From Spirulina sp. (GTDB lineage Bacteria > Cyanobacteriota > Cyanobacteriia > Phormidesmidales > Phormidesmidaceae): a DNA stretch of 32,144 bases. Every line of letters starts with the position of its first letter. Within the stretch, counting starts at the first letter, position 1. Positions 8,262-17,885 of the stretch are shown here, one piece after another. The stretch is from the NCBI GenBank assembly GCA_044070495.1, contig JBIPSI010000045.1:1-32144 (forward strand), given 5' to 3'. Under the pieces are notes generated by a model. The model did no database searches and was not told the origin of the DNA. It was given only the letters and a program-made list of their open reading frames with translations. Position numbers and translations under genes: made by a program.

Positions 8262-10364
8262 TTACCAGGGCTTCCAGGCATCCCACTCTTCATTGAAGAT
8301 GGAGGTGTCTGGGAACTGGGTGGGGTTGCCGCTGGCCTCCAGTTCCATCCGCAGGGCGTGGAGCAGGGGGCTGTGGTTGGGCAGATTTTCCACCAGTTCG
8401 TAGGGCAGAACGCCGTTCCGCAGGGAAAAGTCGATGGAATGGGCGGCGGCGGCCCCCACCGACCACTCGAAGGAATGCACCCGATAGGCGGCGGCAGCGA
8501 TATTGCTGGCGGCAATGCTCTTACTGGCCACCAGCATGTTGTCCACCCGCTGGGGAATCATCGCCCGCAGGGGAATTTGGGCCGGGAAGGCTTGGCCGTG
8601 GGCTTGGCGCACTCCGGGCCGCTCGATGTTGCCGGGGGCTTCCGGCGGGTAGTCGCGCATACAGGGGTGGAAGTCGATGGCGTACTGGGCGATGCCCACC
8701 GAGTCGGGGTACATGCGAGAGCGCCCCCGCACATGGAAGTCATCGGGGTTGGCGTCGGGCATAAAGGTATCCACCGTCTCTAGCCCCGCCAGGAACCGCC
8801 GCATGGAGGTGAAGGTGCTGCGGTCGAGGTTGTCTTGGTAGAACTCGGAGGTGAAATCGTTCCAGGAAAAATCAATTTCGCTGATCATAAAGCCGTTGTC
8901 GTAGCCGTAGGAGGGACGGCCAATGATGCGGCGAGCTTCGCGGATGTAGGGATATTTAGATAGACCGTGCTCCGTACCCATGGGGGAATCTAGCCCGCTC
9001 AAGTAGCGGTTGTAGGGTTCCGGCTCTTTCCAGGAATCATCCAGTTGGGAATCCGTGGTTCCGGTGGTCAGCCAGTAGAAGAAGCCAATGGCGTTTTCTT
9101 CACCCCGGCGCAGGGTTTCAGTCCGCAAGCCGCCCAACCAGCCGCCCGGAGCCAACTGTCCGCTGGCTTGCAGTTGGTCATGGGTGAGGATCAAATTATC
9201 GCGGGCGGTGCCGGGGCGGTAGTCGTTGCCCCAGGTCCAGTTCTGCATGGAAATATCGCCAGGGGTGGGGCGGGGGGCACCAAAGATGCGCTCATCCACC
9301 CGACGGGGGCCAGCACTCCACAGGCGGCGGTAGGTGAAGACAAAGTCAAAGTGATCCTGGGGAGTAAGCAGTTGGGGACGCTCTTTTTCCCAACTGTAGT
9401 AGGGTTCGTAGATCGAGTAGAAGTCTGGCACCTCAAAGGTTTGGGCTTCAGCGGTGCGCTCCATGGCAAAGGTGTAGGTGAAGCCCTGGGTGCAGTAGGC
9501 ATCCCGTTCGGCCACGGGGGACGAGGGATTGAGGGGCGAACGCGGATCCAGCCCCACCTCGTAGGGCACATCGGCTAGGGCGATGATTTCCCCGGTTTCC
9601 GTGGCCTCCACCACAAACCAATCCACCCGATCCGGGTCGGCATTGGGGAATCGTTCGGTATCAATGCCTGCGGGCACAAACTGAATGATTTCCTTCGACA
9701 GTCGGGCCGAATCTTGGTAGGTGTAGGCGTCTTCGATGATCTCCGACAGAAAATCCGTATTCAAAGGAGCCGTCCCTGGTGCGGGGCTGTGGCGAATGGC
9801 GGTCATGGTGGTGATGTGGCTGCGGTCGGCGTTAAAGCCCACCTCTTTGATCACCGTGTTGGGGAACCACTTCAGTTCGCCGCCCCCCTCCCGTTCGGCC
9901 TCCGCCAGCATCTCCATCAAAATGGCGTTGGCATCGGCGGGCATAAAGCAAGACACACTCACCCAGCACTGGCCAGGGTTTAGTTCGCCATACTTGGCCT
10001 CCACCCGTTCCCGCAGGTCGTTGTAGCCCCGCGAGTAAAACAGCCGCCGCCGCTGTTCTCGCGATTCATCCAGCGCCGTGGTGCCCTGGGAGGAAATTTG
10101 CCCCCCTATCCAGTCGGTCAACTCCGTCATACAAACGGTGTGGCCCATCCGCAGGCTCTCGTAGGCCGCCGCCGTTCCGGCCAGACCACCGCCCACAATC
10201 AACAATTCACACTCCACCACCTGATCCGGCGTGGGCATACCCTGGGCCAACTGGGGCGTTACCGACTGCTGGGCTTGGGCATTGCCGATGGGCAGGGGCA
10301 CAGACCCTGTCGCTACGGCAGCGGCTAGCAGAGGCGTGGTGAGGCTACGAAAGATTCGATTCAT
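8262..10364 (-). CDS. Secreted FAD-dependent oxidoreductase (FAD_oxidored-like, conserved in cyanobacteria)
   Basis: N-terminal signal-like segment (AQA), Rossmann motif LLIVGGGLAGTAAA, WIGGQISSQG, YPYIREARRIIG and QIPLRAMIP..NMLVASKSIA.S.IAAAAYRVH. Confidence 0.85.
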   Translation of the reverse strand: MNRIFRSLTTPLLAAAVATGSVPLPIGNAQAQQSVTPQLAQGMPTPDQVVECELLIVGGGLAGTAAAYESLRMGHTVCMTELTDWIGGQISSQGTTALDESREQRRRLFYSRGYNDLRERVEAKYGELNPGQCWVSVSCFMPADANAILMEMLAEAEREGGGELKWFPNTVIKEVGFNADRSHITTMTAIRHSPAPGTAPLNTDFLSEIIEDAYTYQDSARLSKEIIQFVPAGIDTERFPNADPDRVDWFVVEATETGEIIALADVPYEVGLDPRSPLNPSSPVAERDAYCTQGFTYTFAMERTAEAQTFEVPDFYSIYEPYYSWEKERPQLLTPQDHFDFVFTYRRLWSAGPRRVDERIFGAPRPTPGDISMQNWTWGNDYRPGTARDNLILTHDQLQASGQLAPGGWLGGLRTETLRRGEENAIGFFYWLTTGTTDSQLDDSWKEPEPYNRYLSGLDSPMGTEHGLSKYPYIREARRIIGRPSYGYDNGFMISEIDFSWNDFTSEFYQDNLDRSTFTSMRRFLAGLETVDTFMPDANPDDFHVRGRSRMYPDSVGIAQYAIDFHPCMRDYPPEAPGNIERPGVRQAHGQAFPAQIPLRAMIPQRVDNMLVASKSIAASNIAAAAYRVHSFEWSVGAAAAHSIDFSLRNGVLPYELVENLPNHSPLLHALRMELEASGNPTQFPDTSIFNEEWDAWKPW

Positions 10365-10776
10365 GGCAATGCTGAAAGGATTAGGGGCAATGGACTGGAT
10401 TGTAGAGGGCCAATGCTAGAAGTAGCAATCCGCTGTCAAAATTATCGCCCTCGCCGCTGTTAATCGGGCAAAAGTTTGTAAACGTTTAAGAGCTGGCACC
10501 GGGGTTTGGGCAGCAACAGGTCAGAGCCATGGAATGGCATTAGGGTTACCAGACCAAACTACTATCAGGGATTTTGCAAGGATTTTTGGGGGGTTCAACC
10601 ATCTTGGCTTTGCCGTTTTGTCGCGAGAAGATTCATGAGGACGTTGGCGGTTTACTGAGCCTGTTGAGGCTATTTTAGAACAATCTGATTGGGCTAGAAA
10701 AGCCAAGCCAGGGGGCAGGGTGCTGGGTAGGGCTGCTAAATTTTAAGCATAGGAACATAGGGGCAAGCAGCATAGG

Positions 10777-10947
10777 ATTAAGAGTCTCCCCGTTGTGAGC
10801 ATTTCTCCTGATGTTATGGGCAGAACTCCGGTTTTCGTAGGTACTAGGGTTCCTGTACAAACGCTTCTCGATTATCTGAAGGCAGGGGAATCTATTGATA
10901 ATTTGGTAGTGGATTATCGTCAAGGACATAATAGAAAAACAAGGTAG
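10777..10947 (+). pseudogene. DUF433 (VapB45-like antitoxin) remnant
   Basis: IKSLPVVSISPDVMGRTPVFVGTRVPVQTLLDYLKAGESIDNL is the DUF433 signature. There is no in-frame upstream ATG, the C-terminus diverges, and no toxin gene follows. Confidence 0.75.
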
Positions 10948-10987
10948 CGCTGTCGCATTCGTAGATTTTTGGGGAGTAGGCTCTAGG

Positions 10988-11117
10988 CTGGTTGACTGGC
11001 AAAACTTGCGAGAACCCAGATCCGCCAAAGGGTCAGGAGACCTGACCCCTACATTATCCAAATCTTGTAGGGGCGCGGTTTCCGCGTCCGGCGCAGGATC
11101 TTTTGTCAGTCAACCAG
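10988..11117. mobile_element. 130-bp TIR-bounded element containing two divergent GTAG REP hairpins
   Basis: CTGGTTGACTGGCAAAA (10988-11004) and TTTTGTCAGTCAACCAG (11101-11117) are 16/17 complementary. Internal hairpins are GGGTCAGGAGACCTGACCCCTAC and GTAGGGGCGCGGTTTCCGCGTCC. Confidence 0.75.
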
Positions 11118-11161
11118 GGCCGTAAGTGTTGAGTATCGTTAATGAAACTTAGGTCGTAGGA

Positions 11162-11479
11162 TTGAGCAGCGATGTGCCCTACACCACGCTGCTCAATCAC
11201 CTGGTGCAGCGGCTATAGCTCAACGGCCTACAGGATGAGACCAATCTACCCCTTTCCCTGGCGTTGCGGCGCTTAATTGTGCCGCCCGATGCAGCCTTGC
11301 CCGATGCGGCGAAGTTGGTGTTGGTTCAGGCTAACGAGCAAAGCGAGTCGGCCTTTCAAGCCATCCCCAGTAGCCTGGAAGCTATACTAATCAGCAGGTT
11401 TCCCCAATTCACTACCGAGAAGATTCCGGCTACGCTAGATCTCACGCGGATGGGGCGGCCTTGGCGGATTGGCGGTTGA
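11162..11479 (+). pseudogene. Rpn-family/DUF2887 nuclease remnant (C-terminal half)
   Basis: LSSDVPYTTLLNHLVQRL*LNGLQDETNLPLSLALRRLIV...LEAILISRFPQFTTEKIPATLDL resembles DUF2887 (VQRLYL...IETILVYKFPQLSREEI.AML). It has an in-frame TAG and lacks the N-terminus. Confidence 0.6.
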
Positions 11480-11611
11480 CGCCTCCGGTGACGGGGGAGC
11501 GAGGCTAGGGTGGTGCAACGAATCGTAATGATTTTTGTGAAGGCAGAATGAAGCAAGTTGGGCAGAATGGGGATAGTTGCTCCCTAATGTTCTTGTAACT
11601 AAGCCCGCCCC

Positions 11612-11740
11612 ATGTCGGATACGGTTATCCAGGTCGAAAATCTTGGCAAAAAATACATCCTGGGCCACCAGCAGGAGGGGCATTCGCGCTATGGGTGGCA
11701 GGATGTGATTTTGGGCTGTTCATTCTGTCGGGTTAGATGA
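11612..11740 (+). pseudogene. Orphan 5' stub of wzt
   Basis: MSDTVIQVENLGKKYILGHQQEGHSRYGWQDVI versus MGDTVIQVENLGKRYILGHQQEGNSRYVALRDVI at 12819 (69/81 nt identical over 27 codons). Its TGA overlaps the epimerase ATG (ATGA). Confidence 0.85.
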
Positions 11741-12735
11741 AGGTACTGGTTACAGGAATTGCAGGCTTCATTGGCCATGCGTTAGCTACTCGATTGTTAG
11801 CTGATGGCATGACAGTATACGGTATTGACAATCTAAACGAATACTACGATATTCGGCTTAAGCAGGCTCGTCTAAAGCGGCTGATCCAGCATGAGCGATG
11901 TACATTTTCAAAGATTGATGTTTTTGACCGCGACGAGATTTTTAGGGTTTTTCAATACAACCAGTTTGACTATGTCATTCACCTGGCAGCTCAGGCTGGA
12001 GTTCGCTATTCTTTAGATAATCCATCGGCCTATAACGATAGTAACTTGGCTGGTTTTTTGAATATTTTAGAGGGATGCCGCCACTTCTCACCTAAGCATT
12101 TTGTTTTTGCTTCATCCAGTTCTATCTATGGTGCAAATATTAAAATACCTTTTTCAACACATGATTTTACCGATCATCCCATTTCCCTCTACGCAGCGAC
12201 TAAGAAAGCGAATGAGTTGATGGCTCATGCCTATAGTCATCTTTATCAAATTCCAACGACTGGACTTAGATTTTTTACGATCTATGGCCCCTGGGGTAGA
12301 CCTGATATGGCCTATTTTAAATTCGTTGATGCCATCGCTAATGATCGTCCCATTGAGGTATTTAATGATGGCAAAATGAGGCGAGACTTTACCTACATTG
12401 ATGATGCGGTTGAGGGCATTATCAGAGTGATGGATAAGCTTCCTAGCCAGGTGAATGTGGATTACCAAAGTCGGAGTGAAGCGCCATACAAAATTTATAA
12501 TATTGGCAATTGCAGACCTGTGGAGATTTTGCGTTTTATTGAGGTGATTGAAGAGGCAATGGAGAAAAAAGCGCAAATTGTGATGAGGCCGATGCAGCCA
12601 GGAGATGTGGTGGAAACCTATGCCGATGTTAGCGATCTGGAGAAAAATACAGGTTTTTCACCGAGTACATCTATAGAAACGGGGATTAAGAATTTTGTGA
12701 AATGGTATCGGGAGGAATGGTGCCCGATACCATAG
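11737..12735 (+). CDS. NAD-dependent epimerase (UDP-glucuronate 4-epimerase type)
   Basis: TGIAGFIG, HLAAQAGVRYS, ASSSSIYG, YAATKKANELMAH, RFFTIYGPWGRPDMA and QPGDV. Confidence 0.92.
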   Translation: MKVLVTGIAGFIGHALATRLLADGMTVYGIDNLNEYYDIRLKQARLKRLIQHERCTFSKIDVFDRDEIFRVFQYNQFDYVIHLAAQAGVRYSLDNPSAYNDSNLAGFLNILEGCRHFSPKHFVFASSSSIYGANIKIPFSTHDFTDHPISLYAATKKANELMAHAYSHLYQIPTTGLRFFTIYGPWGRPDMAYFKFVDAIANDRPIEVFNDGKMRRDFTYIDDAVEGIIRVMDKLPSQVNVDYQSRSEAPYKIYNIGNCRPVEILRFIEVIEEAMEKKAQIVMRPMQPGDVVETYADVSDLEKNTGFSPSTSIETGIKNFVKWYREEWCPIP

Positions 12736-12818
12736 AGAGATGATCTATTTTCCAAAAGGGCTTACCCTTAAATGGCTTGATGATGACTTGGTTTTGAACG
12801 ATGGCTTCGGGTGTGATC

Positions 12819-14105
12819 ATGGGTGATACGGTTATCCAGGTTGAAAATCTTGGCAAGCGATATATCCTGGGCCACCAGCAGGAGGGTAACTCTCGCTATG
12901 TGGCATTGCGGGATGTGATTTCTGATGGGGCAAGGTCTGTGGTGCGGCGGCTGCGGCATCCGGGGAAGCGCCTGCCTAGGCCCAACCAGGAGGAGTTTTG
13001 GGCGCTGAAGGATGTTTCTTTTGAGGTGAAGCAGGGTGAAGTGGTGGGAATTATTGGCCGCAATGGGGCGGGCAAGTCTACGCTACTCAAGATCCTCAGC
13101 CGGATTACGGAGCCGACGGAGGGCCGGATTAAGCTGCGTGGTCGGGTGGCGAGTTTGTTGGAGGTGGGCACGGGGTTTCACCCAGAGCTTACGGGGCGAG
13201 AAAACATTTTTCTCAATGGAGCCATCCTGGGGATGAGCCGGGCGGAGATTAACCGCAAGTTTGATGAAATTGTAGAGTTTGCAGAGGTATCTCGTTTTTT
13301 GGATACGCCTGTGAAGCGGTATTCCAGCGGCATGTATGTGCGGCTGGCCTTTGCGGTAGCGGCCCATCTAGAACCAGAAATTTTGGTGGTGGATGAGGTA
13401 TTAGCGGTAGGGGATGCAGCATTTCAAAAGAAATGTATGGGAAAAATGGGAAATGTTGCACAAGAAGGCCGCACTATTTTATTTGTTAGTCATAATATGA
13501 GCATTCTTCAGGAGCTAGTACAAAAAGGCATTTGGCTAGATGATGGACAGATTCGATTTAGTGGAGATATTAAGACCGCAATTTCAAACTACTTAGCTTC
13601 AGGATTAAATTTTTCCGACTATAATGTCGATCTCAATAATCATCGAAATCGATTGCCAGGAATGCGAAAAATCTTGAAATCGATTTGTCTTAAAAGTAGA
13701 GATGGCTTGTTAACGCAAGAATTTGGTCAGTCTGATGAGATCTGTATTGAAATAGAGTATGCCGCTTCACAGGAAGTATCACTATCAGGAGCGGGTTTTA
13801 TTATCTCTAGTATTGAAGGGGTGAGAGTAGCCAGCTTCAATACCTATATGGAGAAACAGCAACCATGGAAAATTCCATCAGCAGGTAGAATATTTTTCTC
13901 TGTGCCAGCGTGTCAATTCACACCAGGAAATTACTTCATTACGTTTTCTTTGGGATCTCACCCACTCAAGTTAGAGGATAAAATAGAAAACTGCATTAGT
14001 TTTTCAATTGTATCAACAGATATCTATAAAACAGGCTATTTATTAACAAAGTCAGACGGGGTGGCAGCGATTACTGCAAGGTCAGAAATCATTTCTAAGG
14101 TATAG
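12819..14105 (+). CDS. wzt: Polysaccharide ABC exporter ATP-binding subunit with C-terminal Wzt_C binding module
   Basis: FWALKDVSF, GRNGAGKSTLLK, LLEVGTGFHPELTGREN, YSSGMYVRLAF and VDEVLAVGD, plus a ~170-aa beta-rich C-terminal extension (..PGNYFITFSL). Confidence 0.92.
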   Translation: MGDTVIQVENLGKRYILGHQQEGNSRYVALRDVISDGARSVVRRLRHPGKRLPRPNQEEFWALKDVSFEVKQGEVVGIIGRNGAGKSTLLKILSRITEPTEGRIKLRGRVASLLEVGTGFHPELTGRENIFLNGAILGMSRAEINRKFDEIVEFAEVSRFLDTPVKRYSSGMYVRLAFAVAAHLEPEILVVDEVLAVGDAAFQKKCMGKMGNVAQEGRTILFVSHNMSILQELVQKGIWLDDGQIRFSGDIKTAISNYLASGLNFSDYNVDLNNHRNRLPGMRKILKSICLKSRDGLLTQEFGQSDEICIEIEYAASQEVSLSGAGFIISSIEGVRVASFNTYMEKQQPWKIPSAGRIFFSVPACQFTPGNYFITFSLGSHPLKLEDKIENCISFSIVSTDIYKTGYLLTKSDGVAAITARSEIISKV

Positions 14106-14109
14106 AATA

Positions 14110-15357
14110 ATGAGGTTAGATAAACCAAATCCTAGAATTTTGCTTGGGCAATTTAAACATCGCCTTATGTTAAGAGTAAAGCACTTTTATTCGCCGCATC
14201 AATTAAATAAATTTGAGTCGGACTTGAAGAGAATTTCAAGTCAACCAGACTTTGGGATTTCAAAAATTATCGAATCAGCAATTGACTACACTGAGAAGCT
14301 AAGGTATCGGCAGAAGCCCTATGGCCAGTACTTATATAAACAATCTGGCAAGCGACCAATTCTTTATGCGTCCGTATTTGCGGCTCTTTTTCGTCATCTT
14401 GTAAATGACTTAACAAGAGTTAGCAATGCGCAACGTGAAGAATGGGCTAATTATATTAGAAGTTACCAATGTGCAGATGGCCTATTTCGTGATCCATTAG
14501 TTGCAAATGATATTGCTGAGGTGGAGGATTGGTGGGGTTGGCGGCATTTAACTGTTCTATCTCTGATGGCCCTAAATGCTCTTGACTCATATCCAAACTA
14601 CTCCCTCAATTTCCTCGAGCCTTTTGATAATCCGTCAAAGGTTTCACATTTCATAGACGACCTGGATTGGGGTAAGTCTGTTTCTTTCACAAGCAACAAA
14701 GTTCAAAATTATGTTGCATCACTACAATACGCCAGGGATTTCTTAGGATATCAAAGCTTGGACAAGTCAGTAAAAGAGTTCTTAAATCAAATCTCTTCAA
14801 GAGCCAATCCTGAAAATGGGCTGTGGGGTTCAGGATTAGAAGATAAAGACTGTGCTTTGTCTGAAGGGATTCAAGCTGGATACCATTTTTGGTTATTATT
14901 CTGGTATGAAGGCATTGAAATTCCTTATCAGGATAAAGTATTTTCTTCTCTCCTTCGCTCACAAAATAAGTATGGTGGATTCAACTTAAAGTCACCTTAC
15001 GCATCAGCATGTGAGGATATTGACTCTTTGTATCCAATGATAGAAATCTCTCTTAGAAACGTTCATTTTCGCGATGCCAGTTTATCTTCAGCGAAATTAG
15101 CGATTCCGTTCATACTAACTAATTTTAATCGAGATGGTGGAGCATGTTTTGTGAGAGGAAAAGAGTTTGTGTATGGACATCCATTGATGAAGTCTTCTAT
15201 AAGTCAAAGCTCTATATTTGCTACGTGGTTCAGGACTCTTAGTCTGTCATATTGTATTAACTTAATAAGTATATGTGAAGGCAAGAAAAATCCATTTAAC
15301 TTCAGATACTTAGCATGTCCTGGATATCAATTAAAATTGAGTAATTACAATACTTGA
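14110..15357 (+). CDS. Hypothetical protein with prenyltransferase/squalene-cyclase-like repeats
   Basis: Periodic QxxDGxF-like motifs after helices: IRSYQCADGLF, RANPENGLW, LLRSQNKYGGF and ILTNFNRDGGA. AT-rich and only 4 nt after the wzt stop. Confidence 0.6.
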   Translation: MRLDKPNPRILLGQFKHRLMLRVKHFYSPHQLNKFESDLKRISSQPDFGISKIIESAIDYTEKLRYRQKPYGQYLYKQSGKRPILYASVFAALFRHLVNDLTRVSNAQREEWANYIRSYQCADGLFRDPLVANDIAEVEDWWGWRHLTVLSLMALNALDSYPNYSLNFLEPFDNPSKVSHFIDDLDWGKSVSFTSNKVQNYVASLQYARDFLGYQSLDKSVKEFLNQISSRANPENGLWGSGLEDKDCALSEGIQAGYHFWLLFWYEGIEIPYQDKVFSSLLRSQNKYGGFNLKSPYASACEDIDSLYPMIEISLRNVHFRDASLSSAKLAIPFILTNFNRDGGACFVRGKEFVYGHPLMKSSISQSSIFATWFRTLSLSYCINLISICEGKKNPFNFRYLACPGYQLKLSNYNT

Positions 15358-15389
15358 AAAATGAAGCCAGCAAGAGAGCTTAAAGTACA

Positions 15390-16961
15390 TTGATTAACTT
15401 TGAGGAGAAACTTGTGAATTCCCAAAAAATGGATTCCTTTTTATCTATCAAAACCCACATGACAAGTGCGGAACTTTTGCTTCTTAAGGATTTAGTTAGT
15501 AATTTTAATTTCGAGTCAAATGTTGTTGAGATTGGCAGCTATCTAGGTGCTAGTACTTGCTCTTTAGCTAAAGGAGTTAAGCGACAAGGTGGAAAAGTCT
15601 ATGCTGTTGACACATGGACAAATATGGCAATGAGTGAAGGAGTAATAGATACATTTGATCAGTTTTTAGAAAATATTGAGCCTTATAAAGACATAATTCA
15701 TCCCTTAAAAGGTTTGTCAGAAGAGATAGCAAAGAATTTCGATGTGCCGATTGATCTACTTTTTATTGATGGAGATCATTCCTATGAGGGTGCATATTCT
15801 GATCTCAAGAACTGGTTGCCTAAAGTAAAAGATCTTGGGATAGTAGTTTGTCATGATTTTAATTGGGCAGAGGGCGTAAGAAGAGCTATTAGAGAATTAC
15901 TTGCTCCTTTGCAGATCGATGGAGGACGAACTTTAGATGGGTTATATTGGACGCGAATTCTGAATAAAAAAGAAAATATAGACCCGCCTATTAGTGTTTC
16001 AATTGCCATTCCTACGTATCAAAGATCTGATCTTTTGATCGAGGCTATTGATAGTATATTGCGGCAATTTGAGGATAAGAGCTTTGAAATTTTAGTGATG
16101 GATAATGATTGTGATCCTAAAGTTGCAGAAAAAATAAGTAATCAGTTTGGAAGCTTGGCAGATCAAGTTAAGTATGTACCTGTACCTAACCTGGGCCTTC
16201 ATTATGGGCGAAACCAAGCAGCAATTGAAAGTAAAGGGAATATTATTGTTTTTATTGATGACGATGTTATTGTTCCGCCAGGTTGGCTAAAAGCCATCTG
16301 TGCCCCCTTTGATAACCCTCAAGTTGGTGCCGTTGGTGGCAAAACCCTACCTCAATGGGATGCCCCACCACCTGACTGGTTAGAAGCTGTACCGAAAGAT
16401 TATTTTAGTCTTTTAGACCTAGGCGACATTCAGCGAGAGATGCAATGGCCAGAAACGCCCTACGGCTGCAACATGGCCTATCGTCGAGAACTCATCCTAA
16501 CCCTTGGTGGATTTCCCCCTGATGGGGTTGGTGGTGGATGGATTGAATGGTGGCGAGGTGATGGCGAAACTGGCTTTGCAAAACGTGTGTACGACGAAGG
16601 CTTCAAAATTATCTACAGCCCTGAAGCATGGCTTTATCATCGCATACCTGCCAAACGTCAAACCTTAGAGTTCGTGCGGCGGCGAGCTATTAAAGGTGCG
16701 ATTAGCAGTGCCTATAGCGAACTTAAGTATAGCCCTGAGAGAAAGTTTTTACTGCCAATTCACATTTTCAAGCATGTTGTAAAAGCTGCCATTGCCGGAT
16801 CTAAGCGCCTAGTTACTACACCTAAAGGCATTCAGTCTTGGCTCAAGCATGATACTCTTTGCGTCCATCATCTTATTTCTGCCCTTTACAAAACCCGGTT
16901 TCTCATTGATCCTCAGCTTAGAAAATGGGTTTACAACACGCAGCATTGGGATAAGCCATAA
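15390..16961 (+). CDS. Class I SAM methyltransferase (Methyltransf_24)-GT2 fusion
   Basis: VVEIGSYLGAST, YAVDTW and DLLFIDGDHSYEG, then SIAIPTYQR, FIDDDV and GCNMAYRR. Start uncertain (TTG 15390, GTG 15414 or ATG 15429). Confidence 0.85.
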   Translation: MINFEEKLVNSQKMDSFLSIKTHMTSAELLLLKDLVSNFNFESNVVEIGSYLGASTCSLAKGVKRQGGKVYAVDTWTNMAMSEGVIDTFDQFLENIEPYKDIIHPLKGLSEEIAKNFDVPIDLLFIDGDHSYEGAYSDLKNWLPKVKDLGIVVCHDFNWAEGVRRAIRELLAPLQIDGGRTLDGLYWTRILNKKENIDPPISVSIAIPTYQRSDLLIEAIDSILRQFEDKSFEILVMDNDCDPKVAEKISNQFGSLADQVKYVPVPNLGLHYGRNQAAIESKGNIIVFIDDDVIVPPGWLKAICAPFDNPQVGAVGGKTLPQWDAPPPDWLEAVPKDYFSLLDLGDIQREMQWPETPYGCNMAYRRELILTLGGFPPDGVGGGWIEWWRGDGETGFAKRVYDEGFKIIYSPEAWLYHRIPAKRQTLEFVRRRAIKGAISSAYSELKYSPERKFLLPIHIFKHVVKAAIAGSKRLVTTPKGIQSWLKHDTLCVHHLISALYKTRFLIDPQLRKWVYNTQHWDKP

Positions 16962-16982
16962 CATTCATAGAACCTAAGCAAC

Positions 16983-17885
16983 ATGTCTCTGAAGCAGCGA
17001 CTAACTCCTTGGATGCCACCAAAACTACTCAACCTTGGCGAAGCCATGGTCGGTAAAAATTCCTGGTTAGCTGTTCAAGGCTATCTCAAGGGAGGCCAAA
17101 CTCCTTGGAGTCGTGGTTATACACCCTACAAAAAGCAGTTTATAGGGCAGGCTCTTCAAAACCCTGAACTATTAGAAATTTTTAGCCAAGGCAAGCCTCT
17201 ACCCCAAAGCTACGGCTATGCCTTAGATGAGCGCTGCGTTGAATATCCATGGCTCTTCACCCATTTACCTGAAGCCGCTAAAACCATTCTAGATGCCGGA
17301 TCTATTCTCAACTTTCCCTATCTTTTAGATCAACCTTATTTTACAGATCGGCAACTGCATATCGTAACGCTTGCTCCTGAAGAAGAATCTTTTTGGGAAA
17401 GGGAAATTTCCTATATTTTTGCCGATCTACGAGAGCTGCCGCTTAGGGAAAACTACTACGATACCGTTCTTTGCCTATCAACCCTAGAACACGTCGGATT
17501 AGATAATCGGCTATACACCCGTGACAATCGCTATCATGAGTCTAGCGCAGAAGACTATAAGCTTGCTATGGAAGAACTGAGTCGTGTTCTCAAGCCTGGT
17601 GGTTCTCTTTTTATCAGTGTACCTTTCGGAAAATACCAAAACTTTGCCGAATTTCAGCAATTTGATAGTGCATTACTAGAGAAGGCCATTCAAGCCTTTG
17701 GCCCCGCCGAGTCCGTTGACAAAACTTTCTTTCGATACACTGATCAGGGCTGGCAAATAGCCACAGAAACCGAATGCTCCAATTGTGAGTATATGCACTG
17801 GTTTCTGCCAACCCCAGAAAAGCCGGACGCTCCTGATAAAGCTGCCGCTGCCAGAGCCGTCGCTTGTGTTCATATCCGCCGCTAA
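16983..17885 (+). CDS. Class I SAM-dependent methyltransferase
   Basis: ERCVEYPW, ILDAGS, ADLRELP, YDTVLCLSTLEHVG and RVLKPGGSLFISVPFG. Confidence 0.85.
   Translation: MSLKQRLTPWMPPKLLNLGEAMVGKNSWLAVQGYLKGGQTPWSRGYTPYKKQFIGQALQNPELLEIFSQGKPLPQSYGYALDERCVEYPWLFTHLPEAAKTILDAGSILNFPYLLDQPYFTDRQLHIVTLAPEEESFWEREISYIFADLRELPLRENYYDTVLCLSTLEHVGLDNRLYTRDNRYHESSAEDYKLAMEELSRVLKPGGSLFISVPFGKYQNFAEFQQFDSALLEKAIQAFGPAESVDKTFFRYTDQGWQIATETECSNCEYMHWFLPTPEKPDAPDKAAAARAVACVHIRR

Noticed and set aside
8088..8783. 231-aa plus-strand ORF
   Set aside because: It is an antisense shadow of the FAD oxidoreductase that runs through the palindrome and terminator.
10675..11061. 128-aa minus-strand ORF
   Set aside because: It starts within a REP element and is the antisense of the DUF433 remnant.
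11612..12900. Stub/full-gene pairs as attL/attR of an integrative element
   Set aside because: There is no integrase, the cargo is only about 1.1 kb, and the copies are 15-19% diverged with many synonymous changes.
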